32,939 nucleotides of DNA from Thermomicrobiales bacterium (GTDB lineage Bacteria; Chloroflexota; Chloroflexia; Thermomicrobiales; UBA6265). The DNA is taken from positions 1 to 32,939 of the forward strand of contig JADLCW010000386.1 in the NCBI GenBank assembly GCA_020847015.1, given 5' to 3'. This document shows, piece by piece, positions 9,234 to 17,837 of the stretch; position 1 is the first letter of the stretch, and every line of letters begins with the position of its first letter. Position numbers and translations under genes: made by a program. Below the pieces are notes generated by a model. The model worked only from the letters and a program-made list of their open reading frames with translations. It had not been told where the DNA came from and did no database searches.

Positions 9234-10415
9234 CTAGACGCTCGCGAGTTTAAGCACCGGCTTTTGCGGCTGGTACCGAATCTCGTCCGCCTCCTCAACG
9301 ATGCCGTTGCGGCGATCTTCGATCACCTGTGCGATTTCCGCCTTGAGCGACTCCAGCATGTCGGCTTCGGCGACGGTGCGGACGATTTTGCCCTTGCGGA
9401 AGATGACGCCCTTGCCGTTGCCGGCCGCCAACCCCACATCGGCATCGCGCGATTCCCCCGGGCCGTTGACCACGCAACCCATCACCGCTACCCGGATCGG
9501 CTCGTCGATCGTCGCCAGGAAGGCCTCAACCTGATTGGCAAGAGTGAACAGATCCACCTCGACCCGGCCGCAGGTGGGGCAGGCGATCATTATCGCGCCC
9601 TTCTGGCGCAGCTCGAGACTCTTGAGGATTTCGTACCCGACGAACACCTCTTCGACCGGATCGGTCGTCAGCGATACTCGAATCGTATCGCCAATGCCCA
9701 TCGCCAGCAGCGTGCCAATGCCGGCGGCGGAGCGGATTATGCCGGTGCGCGGGGTGCCGGCTTCAGTGACGCCGAGGTGGAGTGGATAGTCGTTGGGCAG
9801 AGCTGCGAAACGGCGATAGGCTTCGAACAACACCGGCAGCTCGAATGCCTTCAGGCTGACCTTGGTGAGGCCGAAGTCGAGATCCTCCAGGATCTTGATA
9901 TGCCCCAAAGCCGAACGCACCAGCCATTCCGCGCGGAGTTCGACCTGCGCGGCGCCGCGCTCGGCCATCTCGTCCACGAATTCCTGCGTCATTGGCGCGA
10001 CCGAGCCGAAGTTGACGCCGATGCGGATCGGCACGGCGCGCTCTTTCGCCTTCGCGACGACCTCGCGCACGTCCTCGTGCTTGCGAATATTGCCGGGATT
10101 GAGACGCAATCCGTGAATGCCGGCATCCAACGCCTTCAGCGCCAGCGTGTGCTCGAAATGGATGTCGGCGATGAGCGGCACGGGGGAGTGAGGGACGATA
10201 TCCGGCAGCGCCGCCGCGGCCCGGCGATCCGGCACAGCGACACGCACGATCTCGCAGCCGGCCTCGGCCAGTTGAGCGATCTGAGCCAGCGTCGCCTGCG
10301 GGTCGCGGGTGTCGGCGGTGGTCATGGACTGCACTCGGATCGGGTGATCGCCGCCGAGTTTGACGCCCCCGATATCGAGCACGCGGGTGGGGCGGCGGGG
10401 GGCAAGCAGGCTCAT
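9234..10415 (-). CDS. ispG: 4-hydroxy-3-methylbut-2-en-1-yl diphosphate synthase
   Basis: Track ORF 9234..10901, trimmed to ATG 10415 (MSLLAPRRPTRVLDIGGVKLGGDHPIRVQSMT..), with AGGAG upstream. It is typical GcpE/IspG throughout (ADIHF.., RINPGN-like, CPTCGR, GCVVNGPGE) and gives 393 aa. Confidence 0.92.
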   Translation of the reverse strand: MSLLAPRRPTRVLDIGGVKLGGDHPIRVQSMTTADTRDPQATLAQIAQLAEAGCEIVRVAVPDRRAAAALPDIVPHSPVPLIADIHFEHTLALKALDAGIHGLRLNPGNIRKHEDVREVVAKAKERAVPIRIGVNFGSVAPMTQEFVDEMAERGAAQVELRAEWLVRSALGHIKILEDLDFGLTKVSLKAFELPVLFEAYRRFAALPNDYPLHLGVTEAGTPRTGIIRSAAGIGTLLAMGIGDTIRVSLTTDPVEEVFVGYEILKSLELRQKGAIMIACPTCGRVEVDLFTLANQVEAFLATIDEPIRVAVMGCVVNGPGESRDADVGLAAGNGKGVIFRKGKIVRTVAEADMLESLKAEIAQVIEDRRNGIVEEADEIRYQPQKPVLKLASV

Positions 10416-10510
10416 GAGCGCGCGACTCCTTCGCGGCCGACCCGCGCCGGGCGCGGGCGGCGAGCGGCGCGCGATCCAATCCGGAGATCGCGCACCGGCA
10501 GACGATTTGT

Positions 10511-11857
10511 TTACGGCAGGAACGAGGAGCCGCCGACGATGCGACCCACGTCCAGGAAAGCGACGAGGAACATCACCCCGATCAGGATGATCATTCCCGC
10601 CAGGTGAACGACCCCCTCGCGCTCCGGCGGGATGCGCTTGCCGCCGCGCAGCACCTCGATCAGCACGAAGAGGAGACGGCCGCCGTCCAGCGCCGGCAAG
10701 GGCAACAGATTGAGAATTGCCAGGTTCAGCGAGAGCAGGATGCTGATCTGAGCCAGCGTGACCCAAAGCGGCAGCGGGCTGGCTTCGATCACCTCGCTGG
10801 TGATCTGACCCATGCCGATCGGTCCGGCAATCTGCCCCAGCGAGGTCTGTCCGGTGACGATGTCGCGTAGACCGCCCATCATCTGGGTGATCTGGCCCCA
10901 CGCCTCGCCGATGCCGCGCGGAATCACCTCAGCCGGCGGCACTTTTTCGAAAATCGGCTTTAGTTTGGCGTCCAGCCCGATGACGGCCATCATGTCGGCG
11001 TCGGCGTCGGCGGCGGCTTGCGGCACGGCGAGCGTCAGCGCCGCTTGTTGCCCGTCGCGGTCCACCACGATCGGTAGCGCGCGGCCTTCGGCGCCGGTCA
11101 ATCCGGCGGCAAAAATGAAGCGGTCGGTGGCGGGTTGACCGCCGATGGAGAGGATGCGGTCGCCCGGTTCCAGACCCGCCGCGGCCGACGGGGAGCCAGG
11201 GGCCACGGCGGTGACATAAATGTTGGAGAGGATTGCTTCGGTGATGCCGACGCCCGTCGGGCCTTCGCCCGCTGGCGGGTTGGCGCGTGGGGTGACCTTG
11301 GTTTCGATGTCTGCCCCGTCACGCTGGATGACAACGCTCAGCGGCTGACCGGCAAAGTCACGTGCTCGCTGACCGACTTCGGCCGACCCGTCGATCGGCG
11401 CTCCGGCCACTTCGATGATGCGGTCGCCGGTCTGCCAGCCGGCCGCAGCTGCTGGCGAGTTGGGGCTGACCGAACCGATATAGACATTGGAGGAGGCGAT
11501 GCCCTGGAATCCCACCACGGCAATCATCAGCACGATCGCCAGCAGGAAGTTCATGGCCGACCCAGCTGCCAGAAAGAAGGCGCGCTGGGCCGGTCCCTTG
11601 GCGTTCATCGAGCCGGGGTCCATGTTCTTGCCGTCCTCGCCGAGGACGCGCACGAACCCTCCAAAAGGGATCCAATTGATGGACCAGATGACGCCGTTGT
11701 GTTCCCACCCCTTGAGGCGGGGAGGGATGCCGATGCCGAATTCCTCGACCTTGGCCCCGACCCAGCGGGCCGCGAAAAAGTGGCCGAATTCATGGACGAG
11801 GATGAGTACGGCGAGTATCGGGATGATGTAAAGACCGTTGAGCAGTCCGTCTGACAC
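10511..11857 (-). CDS. rseP: RIP metalloprotease RseP (M50 site-2 protease) with PDZ domains
   Basis: Only the C-terminal 448 codons of track ORF 10511..13579 are used. GTG 11857 has GGAG 9 nt upstream. HEFGHFFAA (HExxH) sits in the first TM helix. PDZ-like segments are present (GDRIIEVAG, GDRILSIGG), as is the LNLLPLPALDGG motif. Confidence 0.88.
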   Translation of the reverse strand: MSDGLLNGLYIIPILAVLILVHEFGHFFAARWVGAKVEEFGIGIPPRLKGWEHNGVIWSINWIPFGGFVRVLGEDGKNMDPGSMNAKGPAQRAFFLAAGSAMNFLLAIVLMIAVVGFQGIASSNVYIGSVSPNSPAAAAGWQTGDRIIEVAGAPIDGSAEVGQRARDFAGQPLSVVIQRDGADIETKVTPRANPPAGEGPTGVGITEAILSNIYVTAVAPGSPSAAAGLEPGDRILSIGGQPATDRFIFAAGLTGAEGRALPIVVDRDGQQAALTLAVPQAAADADADMMAVIGLDAKLKPIFEKVPPAEVIPRGIGEAWGQITQMMGGLRDIVTGQTSLGQIAGPIGMGQITSEVIEASPLPLWVTLAQISILLSLNLAILNLLPLPALDGGRLLFVLIEVLRGGKRIPPEREGVVHLAGMIILIGVMFLVAFLDVGRIVGGSSFLP

Positions 11858-12307
11858 GAGGCATAACTCCGCAGGGGAGCCGGCGGAGACACCCGCCGGC
11901 CGCAAGCAGCATCTGAATGGTCCTACGCGGCGGGCGTCCACAGGGATGCCCGCCGACGCAAAATTCGAATTATGGCGAGTGTAGACCGCTCCTCGACAGG
12001 GCGCGATCGACGGTTCGACCGGCGGCGCGGTGACCCGTTCGAGATTCGGCGAGCGCGCAATCGGGTGATTCTGACTTGGGACGCCGAGCATGGCGAAACG
12101 CGCGACCATCGACGAATGCGTGACCTGCGGTACAGAACGGACAGGTTGCAATTGCTCGCGTTGGTTTATGGTTATGGTGAGTGTGCTAGACTGCCGCGCC
12201 GTTGAAGGATGGCGCTCGTCGGGGTGGAGGTCCGCCTCGGCGTTTCTTGGCGCGCACGGCCGCCGGGGCCGGGCGTTCGCGGTGAGCGGGGAGAGCAACG
12301 CGCTACC

Positions 12308-13423
12308 ATGATCGTCGGCGTCCCGAAAGAGGTGAAGGATTCGGAAAGCCGGGTGTCGACGACACCGGGCGGTGTTTCGGAGTACGTGGGGCAAGGGCAC
12401 GAGGTGCTCGTCGAACGCGGGGCCGGACGCGGCTCGGGCTTTGCTGACGAGGAATACGAGCGGGCCGGCGCCAGGCTCGTGACTGGTCCGGCGGACGTCT
12501 ACGGTCGGGCCGAAATGATCGTCAAGGTGAAGGAGCCGATCGCGCAAGAGTACGATTTGCTGCGCCCCGGTCAGATTCTGTTCACCTACCTGCACCTGGC
12601 CAACGACGAGCCGCTCACCCGCGTGCTGATGGAGCGAGGGGTCGAGGCGGTCGCGTACGAGACGGTCCAACTGGACAACGGGATGCTGCCGCTGCTGACG
12701 CCAATGAGCGAAGTGGCGGGTCGCATGTCGGCGCAAATTGGAGCCCACTACCTGGAGAAAACCCACGGCGGCGGCGGGCTGCTGCTGGGCGGCGTGCCGG
12801 GGGTGCCGGCGGCCAACGTGGTCGTCATCGGCGGCGGCATGGTTGGCGCCAACGCGGCGAAGATCGCGCTCGGCATGGGCGCCAACGTCACCATCGTTGA
12901 CATCAACGTCGAGCGATTGCGGGTGTTGGAGACTGAGTTCGGCGGGCGGCTGCATACGCTGGCTTCCAACCGCGAGAACGTCGCGCGCGTCGTGCGCGAC
13001 GCTGATCTGCTTATTGGGGCGGTGCTGATCGCCGGAGCCAAGGCGCCGAAGCTGGTGTCCGAACCGATGGTGCGATCCATGCGGCCGGGATCGGTCGCAG
13101 TGGACGTGGCGATCGATCAGGGCGGCTGCATCGCCACCTCGCACCCAACGGCGCATACCCACCCGACGTTCGAGATCGACGGCGTGGTCCACTACTGCGT
13201 GACGAACATGCCTGGTGCGGTGCCGCGCACGAGCACGCTGGCGCTTTCCAACGTCACACTGCCGTATGCGCTGCAGATTTCGCGACTGGGGTTGACCGAG
13301 GCGATTCGCCGCGACCGAGCGTTGGCCAAGGGCGTCAATGTCTATGAGGGCCGGATCACCTACCCAGCGGTGGCGGAGGCGTTTGGTCTCGAATACACGC
13401 CGCTGGAGCGACTGTTGGCCTGA
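12308..13423 (+). CDS. ald: Alanine dehydrogenase
   Basis: Track ORF 12209..13423, trimmed to ATG 12308. It reads MIVGVPKEVKDSESRV..KVKEP..VIGGGMVGANAAK..DVAIDQGGC..HYCVTNMPGAVPRTST, a canonical Ald sequence of 371 aa. Confidence 0.92.
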   Translation: MIVGVPKEVKDSESRVSTTPGGVSEYVGQGHEVLVERGAGRGSGFADEEYERAGARLVTGPADVYGRAEMIVKVKEPIAQEYDLLRPGQILFTYLHLANDEPLTRVLMERGVEAVAYETVQLDNGMLPLLTPMSEVAGRMSAQIGAHYLEKTHGGGGLLLGGVPGVPAANVVVIGGGMVGANAAKIALGMGANVTIVDINVERLRVLETEFGGRLHTLASNRENVARVVRDADLLIGAVLIAGAKAPKLVSEPMVRSMRPGSVAVDVAIDQGGCIATSHPTAHTHPTFEIDGVVHYCVTNMPGAVPRTSTLALSNVTLPYALQISRLGLTEAIRRDRALAKGVNVYEGRITYPAVAEAFGLEYTPLERLLA

Positions 13424-13514
13424 CGATCGGAGGGCGACGCGCCCACACCGTTCCCGCCGCGTCCGAGAGCAAGGATGTATCGGCCGCGGCGACGAACCTT
13501 CCAGGGAGAAGGGG

Positions 13515-14468
13515 ATGCAGGAAGACGTCGAGCGGTTTCTGAAGGTGCTGGAGGCGGAACGCGGGTTCTCGCTCAACACCGTGTTCGCCTACCGCAACGA
13601 TTTGAATCAATTCATCGGACACCTTCAGGAGCAAAACCCGGTCACGAACGGCCGTGGCGACTGCATCGAGTGCTGGGATGATCTGACCGACGACCATCTC
13701 ACCGCCTATCTGCTGCATCTGCGCGATCGCGCCTACGCTTCCTCCACGGTGGCCCGCAAGACGGCGGCGATTAAATCGTTCTTTCAGTTTCTCCACGGCG
13801 AGGGGCGAATGGGTGTCGACCCGGCAGCCTGCATGTCTCCGCCCAAAGTGGACAAATACGCTCCTCGCGCCATCTCTCAGCTCGAGGTGGCGCGGCTGCT
13901 GGACCAGCCGGCGAAGAGCTGCGCGCAGGTTGGCGCCCGGCCGGAAGCGTTGCGTGACCGCGCCATGCTGGAAACGCTGTATGCGACGGGCATGCGCGTC
14001 AGCGAACTCGTTGCCCTGGATTGCGACGATGTCGATCTGGACGGCAACTGCGTGCGCTGCGCCGGCCGCACCAGCCGCGAGCGGCTCGTGCCAGTGCGCG
14101 AGAGCGCGATTCGGTCGGTTCGCGCTTATTTGTGCGACGCTCGGCCGCAACTAGGCCCCAGCGACGAGCGAGCGCTGTTCCTGAACCATCGCGGTTCGCG
14201 GCTGACGCGGCAGGGATTCTGGCTGATCCTGAAATCCTACGCCCAGCAGGCCGACATCGGCGACATCACGCCGCACACGCTACGCCATACGTTCGCCACC
14301 CATGCCATCGGGCGGGGCGCTGATTTGCGTGAGGTCCAGCACCTGCTCGGGCATGTCAGCATCTCCACCACGCAGGTCTACCGACGGTTGGCCAACGCCA
14401 ACAACGGCGCCGAGACTCCCGCCGCGCCACGTAAGATGCAGGGACGAGATCTCGATCTGCGCGGCTAA
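13515..14468 (+). CDS. xerD: Tyrosine recombinase, XerC/XerD family (XerD-like)
   Basis: Track ORF 13338..14468, trimmed to ATG 13515, which follows GGGAGAAGGGG. It has an N-terminal SAM-like domain (FLKVLEAERGFSLNTVFAYRNDLNQF) and a C-terminal catalytic region (ATGMRVSEL, HTLRHTFATH, LGHVSISTTQVY). The XerD versus XerC assignment is tentative. Confidence 0.8.
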   Translation: MQEDVERFLKVLEAERGFSLNTVFAYRNDLNQFIGHLQEQNPVTNGRGDCIECWDDLTDDHLTAYLLHLRDRAYASSTVARKTAAIKSFFQFLHGEGRMGVDPAACMSPPKVDKYAPRAISQLEVARLLDQPAKSCAQVGARPEALRDRAMLETLYATGMRVSELVALDCDDVDLDGNCVRCAGRTSRERLVPVRESAIRSVRAYLCDARPQLGPSDERALFLNHRGSRLTRQGFWLILKSYAQQADIGDITPHTLRHTFATHAIGRGADLREVQHLLGHVSISTTQVYRRLANANNGAETPAAPRKMQGRDLDLRG

Positions 14469-14528
14469 ATCCGCTTGCACGAACGTACGCAATGGCACAT
14501 TTCCGGTTGTGAGGAGCACGGCACGACG

Positions 14529-15938
14529 ATGACGGAACAGGTGCGTCCGGCGACGATGGAGAAGATCGCGGCTCTCAGCAAGCGTCGCGGGATCGTCTTT
14601 CCCGGCTCCGACATCTACGGCGGATTGGCCAACACCTGGGATTACGGGCCGCTGGGGGCCGAGATCAAGCGCAACATCAAGAATCTGTGGTGGGAGACAT
14701 TCGTTCATCGCCGGCGCAATGTGGTCGGGCTGGACGCCGGCATCCTGATGCATCCACGGGTGTGGGAAGCATCTGGCCACGTGCAGAACTTCAACGATCC
14801 GCTGGTCGACTGCCGCACCTGCAAGGCGCGCTTCCGTGCCGACCACCTGATCGAGGAGCGGCTGGGCCAGCAAGTCGAGGGGAAGTCGCCAGCCGAGATG
14901 TCGGCGATCATCCAGCAAGCAGGATTGAAGTGCCCCAACTGCGGCAACGCGACTCTGACCGAAGCGCGCCAATTCAACATGATGTTCCGGACGACCATCG
15001 GGCCAGTGGCGGAAACCGGCTCCGAAGTGTTTTTGCGACCGGAAACGGCGCAGGCGATGTTCGTCCAATACAAGAATGTGCTCGCCACCGGTCGGGTCAA
15101 GCTGCCCTTCGGGATCGCCCAGATCGGCAAGGCGTTCCGCAACGAGATCACTCCCGGCAACTTCATCTTCCGACAGCTCGAATTCGAGCAGATGGAAATC
15201 GAGTATTTCGTCAAGCCGGATGGCGGGTCAGTCGCCTTCGACGAATGGCTGGACGCCATGCGCGGCTGGTTGCGGCTGATCGGCGTGCGCGATGAGTTCG
15301 TGCGGGTGCGCGAGCACGAACGGGACGAGCTGAGTCACTACTCCAGCCGCACGGTGGATTTCGAGTATCGCTTTCCCGGCCCAATGGGCTGGCGCGAGTT
15401 GTACGGGCTGGCGAACCGCACCGACTTCGATCTGCGCCAGCATCAGGAGTTCAGCGGCGAAGATTTGACTTACTTCGATCAGGCCGAAAATCGCCGCTAC
15501 CTGCCCCATGTGGTCGAGCCAACCTTCGGCGTGGACCGCACGATTCTCGTAGCGCTGGTCGACGCCTATGATGAGGAGGAGACGACCGATGTCAACGGCA
15601 AGCCGGATACGCGCATCTTGCTGCGATTGAGTCCGCGCATCGCCCCCTACAAGGCGGCGGTGCTGCCGCTGATGAAGAAACCGGAATTGGCCGGGGTCGC
15701 CCGCGCCTTGTTCGATCGCCTGCAAGAGGAAATCAACGCCCTCATCGAGTACGACGAAACGGGCAACATTGGCAAGCGCTACCGGCGACAGGATGAAATC
15801 GGCACGCCGTTCTGCTTCACCGTCGACTATGAGAGTCTCGATGATCAAAGTGTGACGGTCCGCCACCGCGACGACATGCGCCAAGAGCGCATCGCCATCG
15901 CTGACGTGCCAGCATGGCTGGTCGAACGGATCAAGTAA
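14529..15938 (+). CDS. glyQS: Glycine--tRNA ligase, dimeric alpha2 type
   Basis: Track ORF 14475..15938, trimmed to ATG 14529. It reads [51 protein letters not shown].., a class II GlyRS of 469 aa. Confidence 0.92.
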   Translation: MTEQVRPATMEKIAALSKRRGIVFPGSDIYGGLANTWDYGPLGAEIKRNIKNLWWETFVHRRRNVVGLDAGILMHPRVWEASGHVQNFNDPLVDCRTCKARFRADHLIEERLGQQVEGKSPAEMSAIIQQAGLKCPNCGNATLTEARQFNMMFRTTIGPVAETGSEVFLRPETAQAMFVQYKNVLATGRVKLPFGIAQIGKAFRNEITPGNFIFRQLEFEQMEIEYFVKPDGGSVAFDEWLDAMRGWLRLIGVRDEFVRVREHERDELSHYSSRTVDFEYRFPGPMGWRELYGLANRTDFDLRQHQEFSGEDLTYFDQAENRRYLPHVVEPTFGVDRTILVALVDAYDEEETTDVNGKPDTRILLRLSPRIAPYKAAVLPLMKKPELAGVARALFDRLQEEINALIEYDETGNIGKRYRRQDEIGTPFCFTVDYESLDDQSVTVRHRDDMRQERIAIADVPAWLVERIK

Positions 15939-15999
15939 CCGCTGCCTGCAACCCGATCGAATCGGGGCGAGGAGGCGCTGCGGCATCTCCCTCGTCGCA

Positions 16000-17019
16000 T
16001 CAGCGCCTCGGCTCGGCGCGAGTGAGAGCAAAGGCGGCTGCGGGATCATCGGCCGAACGATTGCCGCCGAAGACGATCGCGTAGCGCAACAGGAAGCCGC
16101 CGAGCAGCGTCAGCGCCGAAGCAATCAGGGTCAGCGAACGCCGCCAGTGGGCCGGAGTGATAGTCGCGGTAGCATTCAGCACCAAGGGCAGCGCCAGTCC
16201 GGCGCCGGCGGCGCCGTGGCGAACGGCGCGACCGGTGCCGCCGCTCATCAGCGGTTTGGCGGTCGCGCCGAGCCGCGTCAGCCAGCCCCACAGCAGCGCC
16301 GCTTCGGCCAGGGTTGCGATTCGCTCCAGGCGAGCGAGAGCGGTCACCTCGCCATGGCTTGGGCGGCGCACGGCAAGCGCGGCCGCGATCGCCGCGGCGC
16401 TGCCGGAGAGCGCGGAACTGAGAAACAGCGGACCAAGCAGCAGACCGCGCTTCGCCCAGAGCGGTACGGCAGTGGCGGCCAGCAGCACTCCGGTGTACCC
16501 GGCGAGAAACAACCCCAGCGGGATCGTGACGATCGCCAGCGTCTGCTCCGGCAGGCGGCGAGTGACAGCGGCCAATCTCCCTGCCCCGAGGAATCCATCT
16601 GATGCGGCTTGCCTCGCCACGCCCAGCCCCGAGACGAGGCTGAATAGGATCAGTCCCCATACTCCCAGCGACATCGGCGAGCGTAGCTTGATCACCCGCA
16701 GCATGTTGAGAAACCGCGCTGGTTTGCGCAGATCGAGAATAAGCAGGAGCGGGCAAGGGATCAGCGCCGCCAGCGAAAGGTAACGGCCGGCGCGCACGGT
16801 CTCACTCGCGGCCGACCCACGGGTCAGGCTGGCGAGCGCGGCGACGACGGCGGAAAGACCGGAGAGCCCGCCGAGGAAGAAGTAAACGACAACGAGCCAG
16901 CCCCAATGGGCGCGGCGGATGACGGGGAGCCCGTAGGGCGATGCAGGAGAGGTGGGGGCCGCGGACCGCCGACGATTCGATTGCGACATATCCCCTGCGT
17001 GGTGACGACGTTCGTTCAT
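16000..17019 (-). CDS. NrfD/PsrC-family integral membrane subunit (quinone-interacting anchor of the FDH operon)
   Basis: This is the C-terminal 339 codons of track ORF 16000..17718. ATG 17019 overlaps the upstream stop (ATGA). The product is polytopic and hydrophobic (WGWLVVVYFFLGGLSGLSAV.., many helices), typical of NrfD-type anchors. Confidence 0.85.
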   Translation of the reverse strand: MNERRHHAGDMSQSNRRRSAAPTSPASPYGLPVIRRAHWGWLVVVYFFLGGLSGLSAVVAALASLTRGSAASETVRAGRYLSLAALIPCPLLLILDLRKPARFLNMLRVIKLRSPMSLGVWGLILFSLVSGLGVARQAASDGFLGAGRLAAVTRRLPEQTLAIVTIPLGLFLAGYTGVLLAATAVPLWAKRGLLLGPLFLSSALSGSAAAIAAALAVRRPSHGEVTALARLERIATLAEAALLWGWLTRLGATAKPLMSGGTGRAVRHGAAGAGLALPLVLNATATITPAHWRRSLTLIASALTLLGGFLLRYAIVFGGNRSADDPAAAFALTRAEPRR

Positions 17020-17837
17020 GAGCGCTCCTGCATCGCCGCGATGGCCGCCGCGCACAGCACCAAGGCCGCCGCCGCCGTGGCGGCGAAAGCGCGCGGTACG
17101 ATCCGTTGCGGCAAATCCGGCGCGGCCGGCAAATTGAACGTCTCCGGGGCATCGTTGAGCACGAAGAGCGCGTTCAACCCACCGATAGCGCCCGTGCCGC
17201 CGAGCATGCGGTCGCCGTAGAGGCGAGCATCGACGTCGCGCTCCCGCAATTGCGCGATGCGCGCCACGCCGCTGGCATACAACTCCTCCACAAAACCGAA
17301 GCGGATCGATTCGGTGGGACAGGCTTTGGCGCAGGCCGGCTCCAGACCGCCGCGCAGCCGGTCGTAGCACATGGTGCATTTTTGCGCCGCTCCGGCTGCG
17401 GACAGTTGGGGCACGCCAAAGGGGCAGGCGGGAATGCAGTAGCCGCAGCCGTTGCAGATGTCCGGCTGAATGTAGACGGAATCGAATTCCGTGCGGATGA
17501 TGGCTCCGGTGGGGCAGGCCTCCATGCAGGCGGCGTTGACGCAGTGCTTGCAGACATCGCTCAGCATCAACCAGGTGACTGGGGACCCAATCGCGGATTC
17601 GTCGGCGGTGCGCTCGATGAAGGCGACATGCCGCCAGGTCTCGGCCCCGAGCGCGATGGTGTTGTCGTAGCTCATCCCGGTCATGGGACCGAGATTGTCG
17701 GCGGGCAGGTCGTTCCACTGTTTGCAGGCGACCTCACAGGCCTTGCAGCCGATGCACAGCGTAGCGTCGGTGAGGAATCCAACCGCCTCCGATCGGAAGT
17801 TCGGCTTTGCGGAAAAGGCGATCGCGGAGTCAGCCAT
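17016..17837 (-). CDS. fdhB: Formate dehydrogenase iron-sulfur (FdnH-like, 4x[4Fe-4S]) subunit with C-terminal TM helix
   Basis: Cys clusters include CIGCKACEVACKQWN, CKHCVNAACMEACP, CNGCGYCIPACP and CTMC..CAKACP. The C-terminal helix is AATAAAALVLCAAAIAA. ATG 17837 overlaps the alpha-subunit stop (ATGGCTGA). Confidence 0.88.
   Translation of the reverse strand: MADSAIAFSAKPNFRSEAVGFLTDATLCIGCKACEVACKQWNDLPADNLGPMTGMSYDNTIALGAETWRHVAFIERTADESAIGSPVTWLMLSDVCKHCVNAACMEACPTGAIIRTEFDSVYIQPDICNGCGYCIPACPFGVPQLSAAGAAQKCTMCYDRLRGGLEPACAKACPTESIRFGFVEELYASGVARIAQLRERDVDARLYGDRMLGGTGAIGGLNALFVLNDAPETFNLPAAPDLPQRIVPRAFAATAAAALVLCAAAIAAMQERS

Noticed and set aside
8982-10607. 541-aa plus-strand ORF
   Set aside because: It is antisense to ispG and the metallophosphoesterase gene. 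The composition is low complexity with no motifs.
12012-12018. GGTTCGA, a T-loop-like string suggesting a tRNA
   Set aside because: The flanks cannot form a 5-bp T-stem (gacgg / ggcgg). No acceptor or anticodon arms could be drawn.
11972-12311. Two small plus-strand ORFs (77 and 73 aa) in the rseP-ald gap, one with CxxC..CxC
   Set aside because: They have no SD and Arg-rich or odd composition. They overlap each other and run into the ald start. More likely this is non-coding regulatory sequence.
11858-13579. Upstream 574 codons of the 1022-aa minus-strand ORF 10511..13579, as a giant N-terminal extension of RseP
   Set aside because: RseP-type proteases begin with the HExxH-bearing TM helix, which sits right after GTG 11857 with a GGAG upstream. 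The extension is antisense to ald and xerD and is Arg/His/Pro-rich junk.
13515-14468. Tyrosine recombinase as a marker of an integrated mobile element or genomic island
   Set aside because: The sequence is XerC/XerD-type, meaning chromosome dimer resolution. Its neighbours are core genes (ald, glyQS). No att-like repeats, tRNA target or phage/IS genes are nearby, and no AT-rich dif-like site was seen in this window.
14469-14528. Possible T-box leader upstream of glyQS
   Set aside because: Only 60 nt separate the xerD stop from the glyQS start. That is far too short for a T-box, and no T-box sequence is seen.
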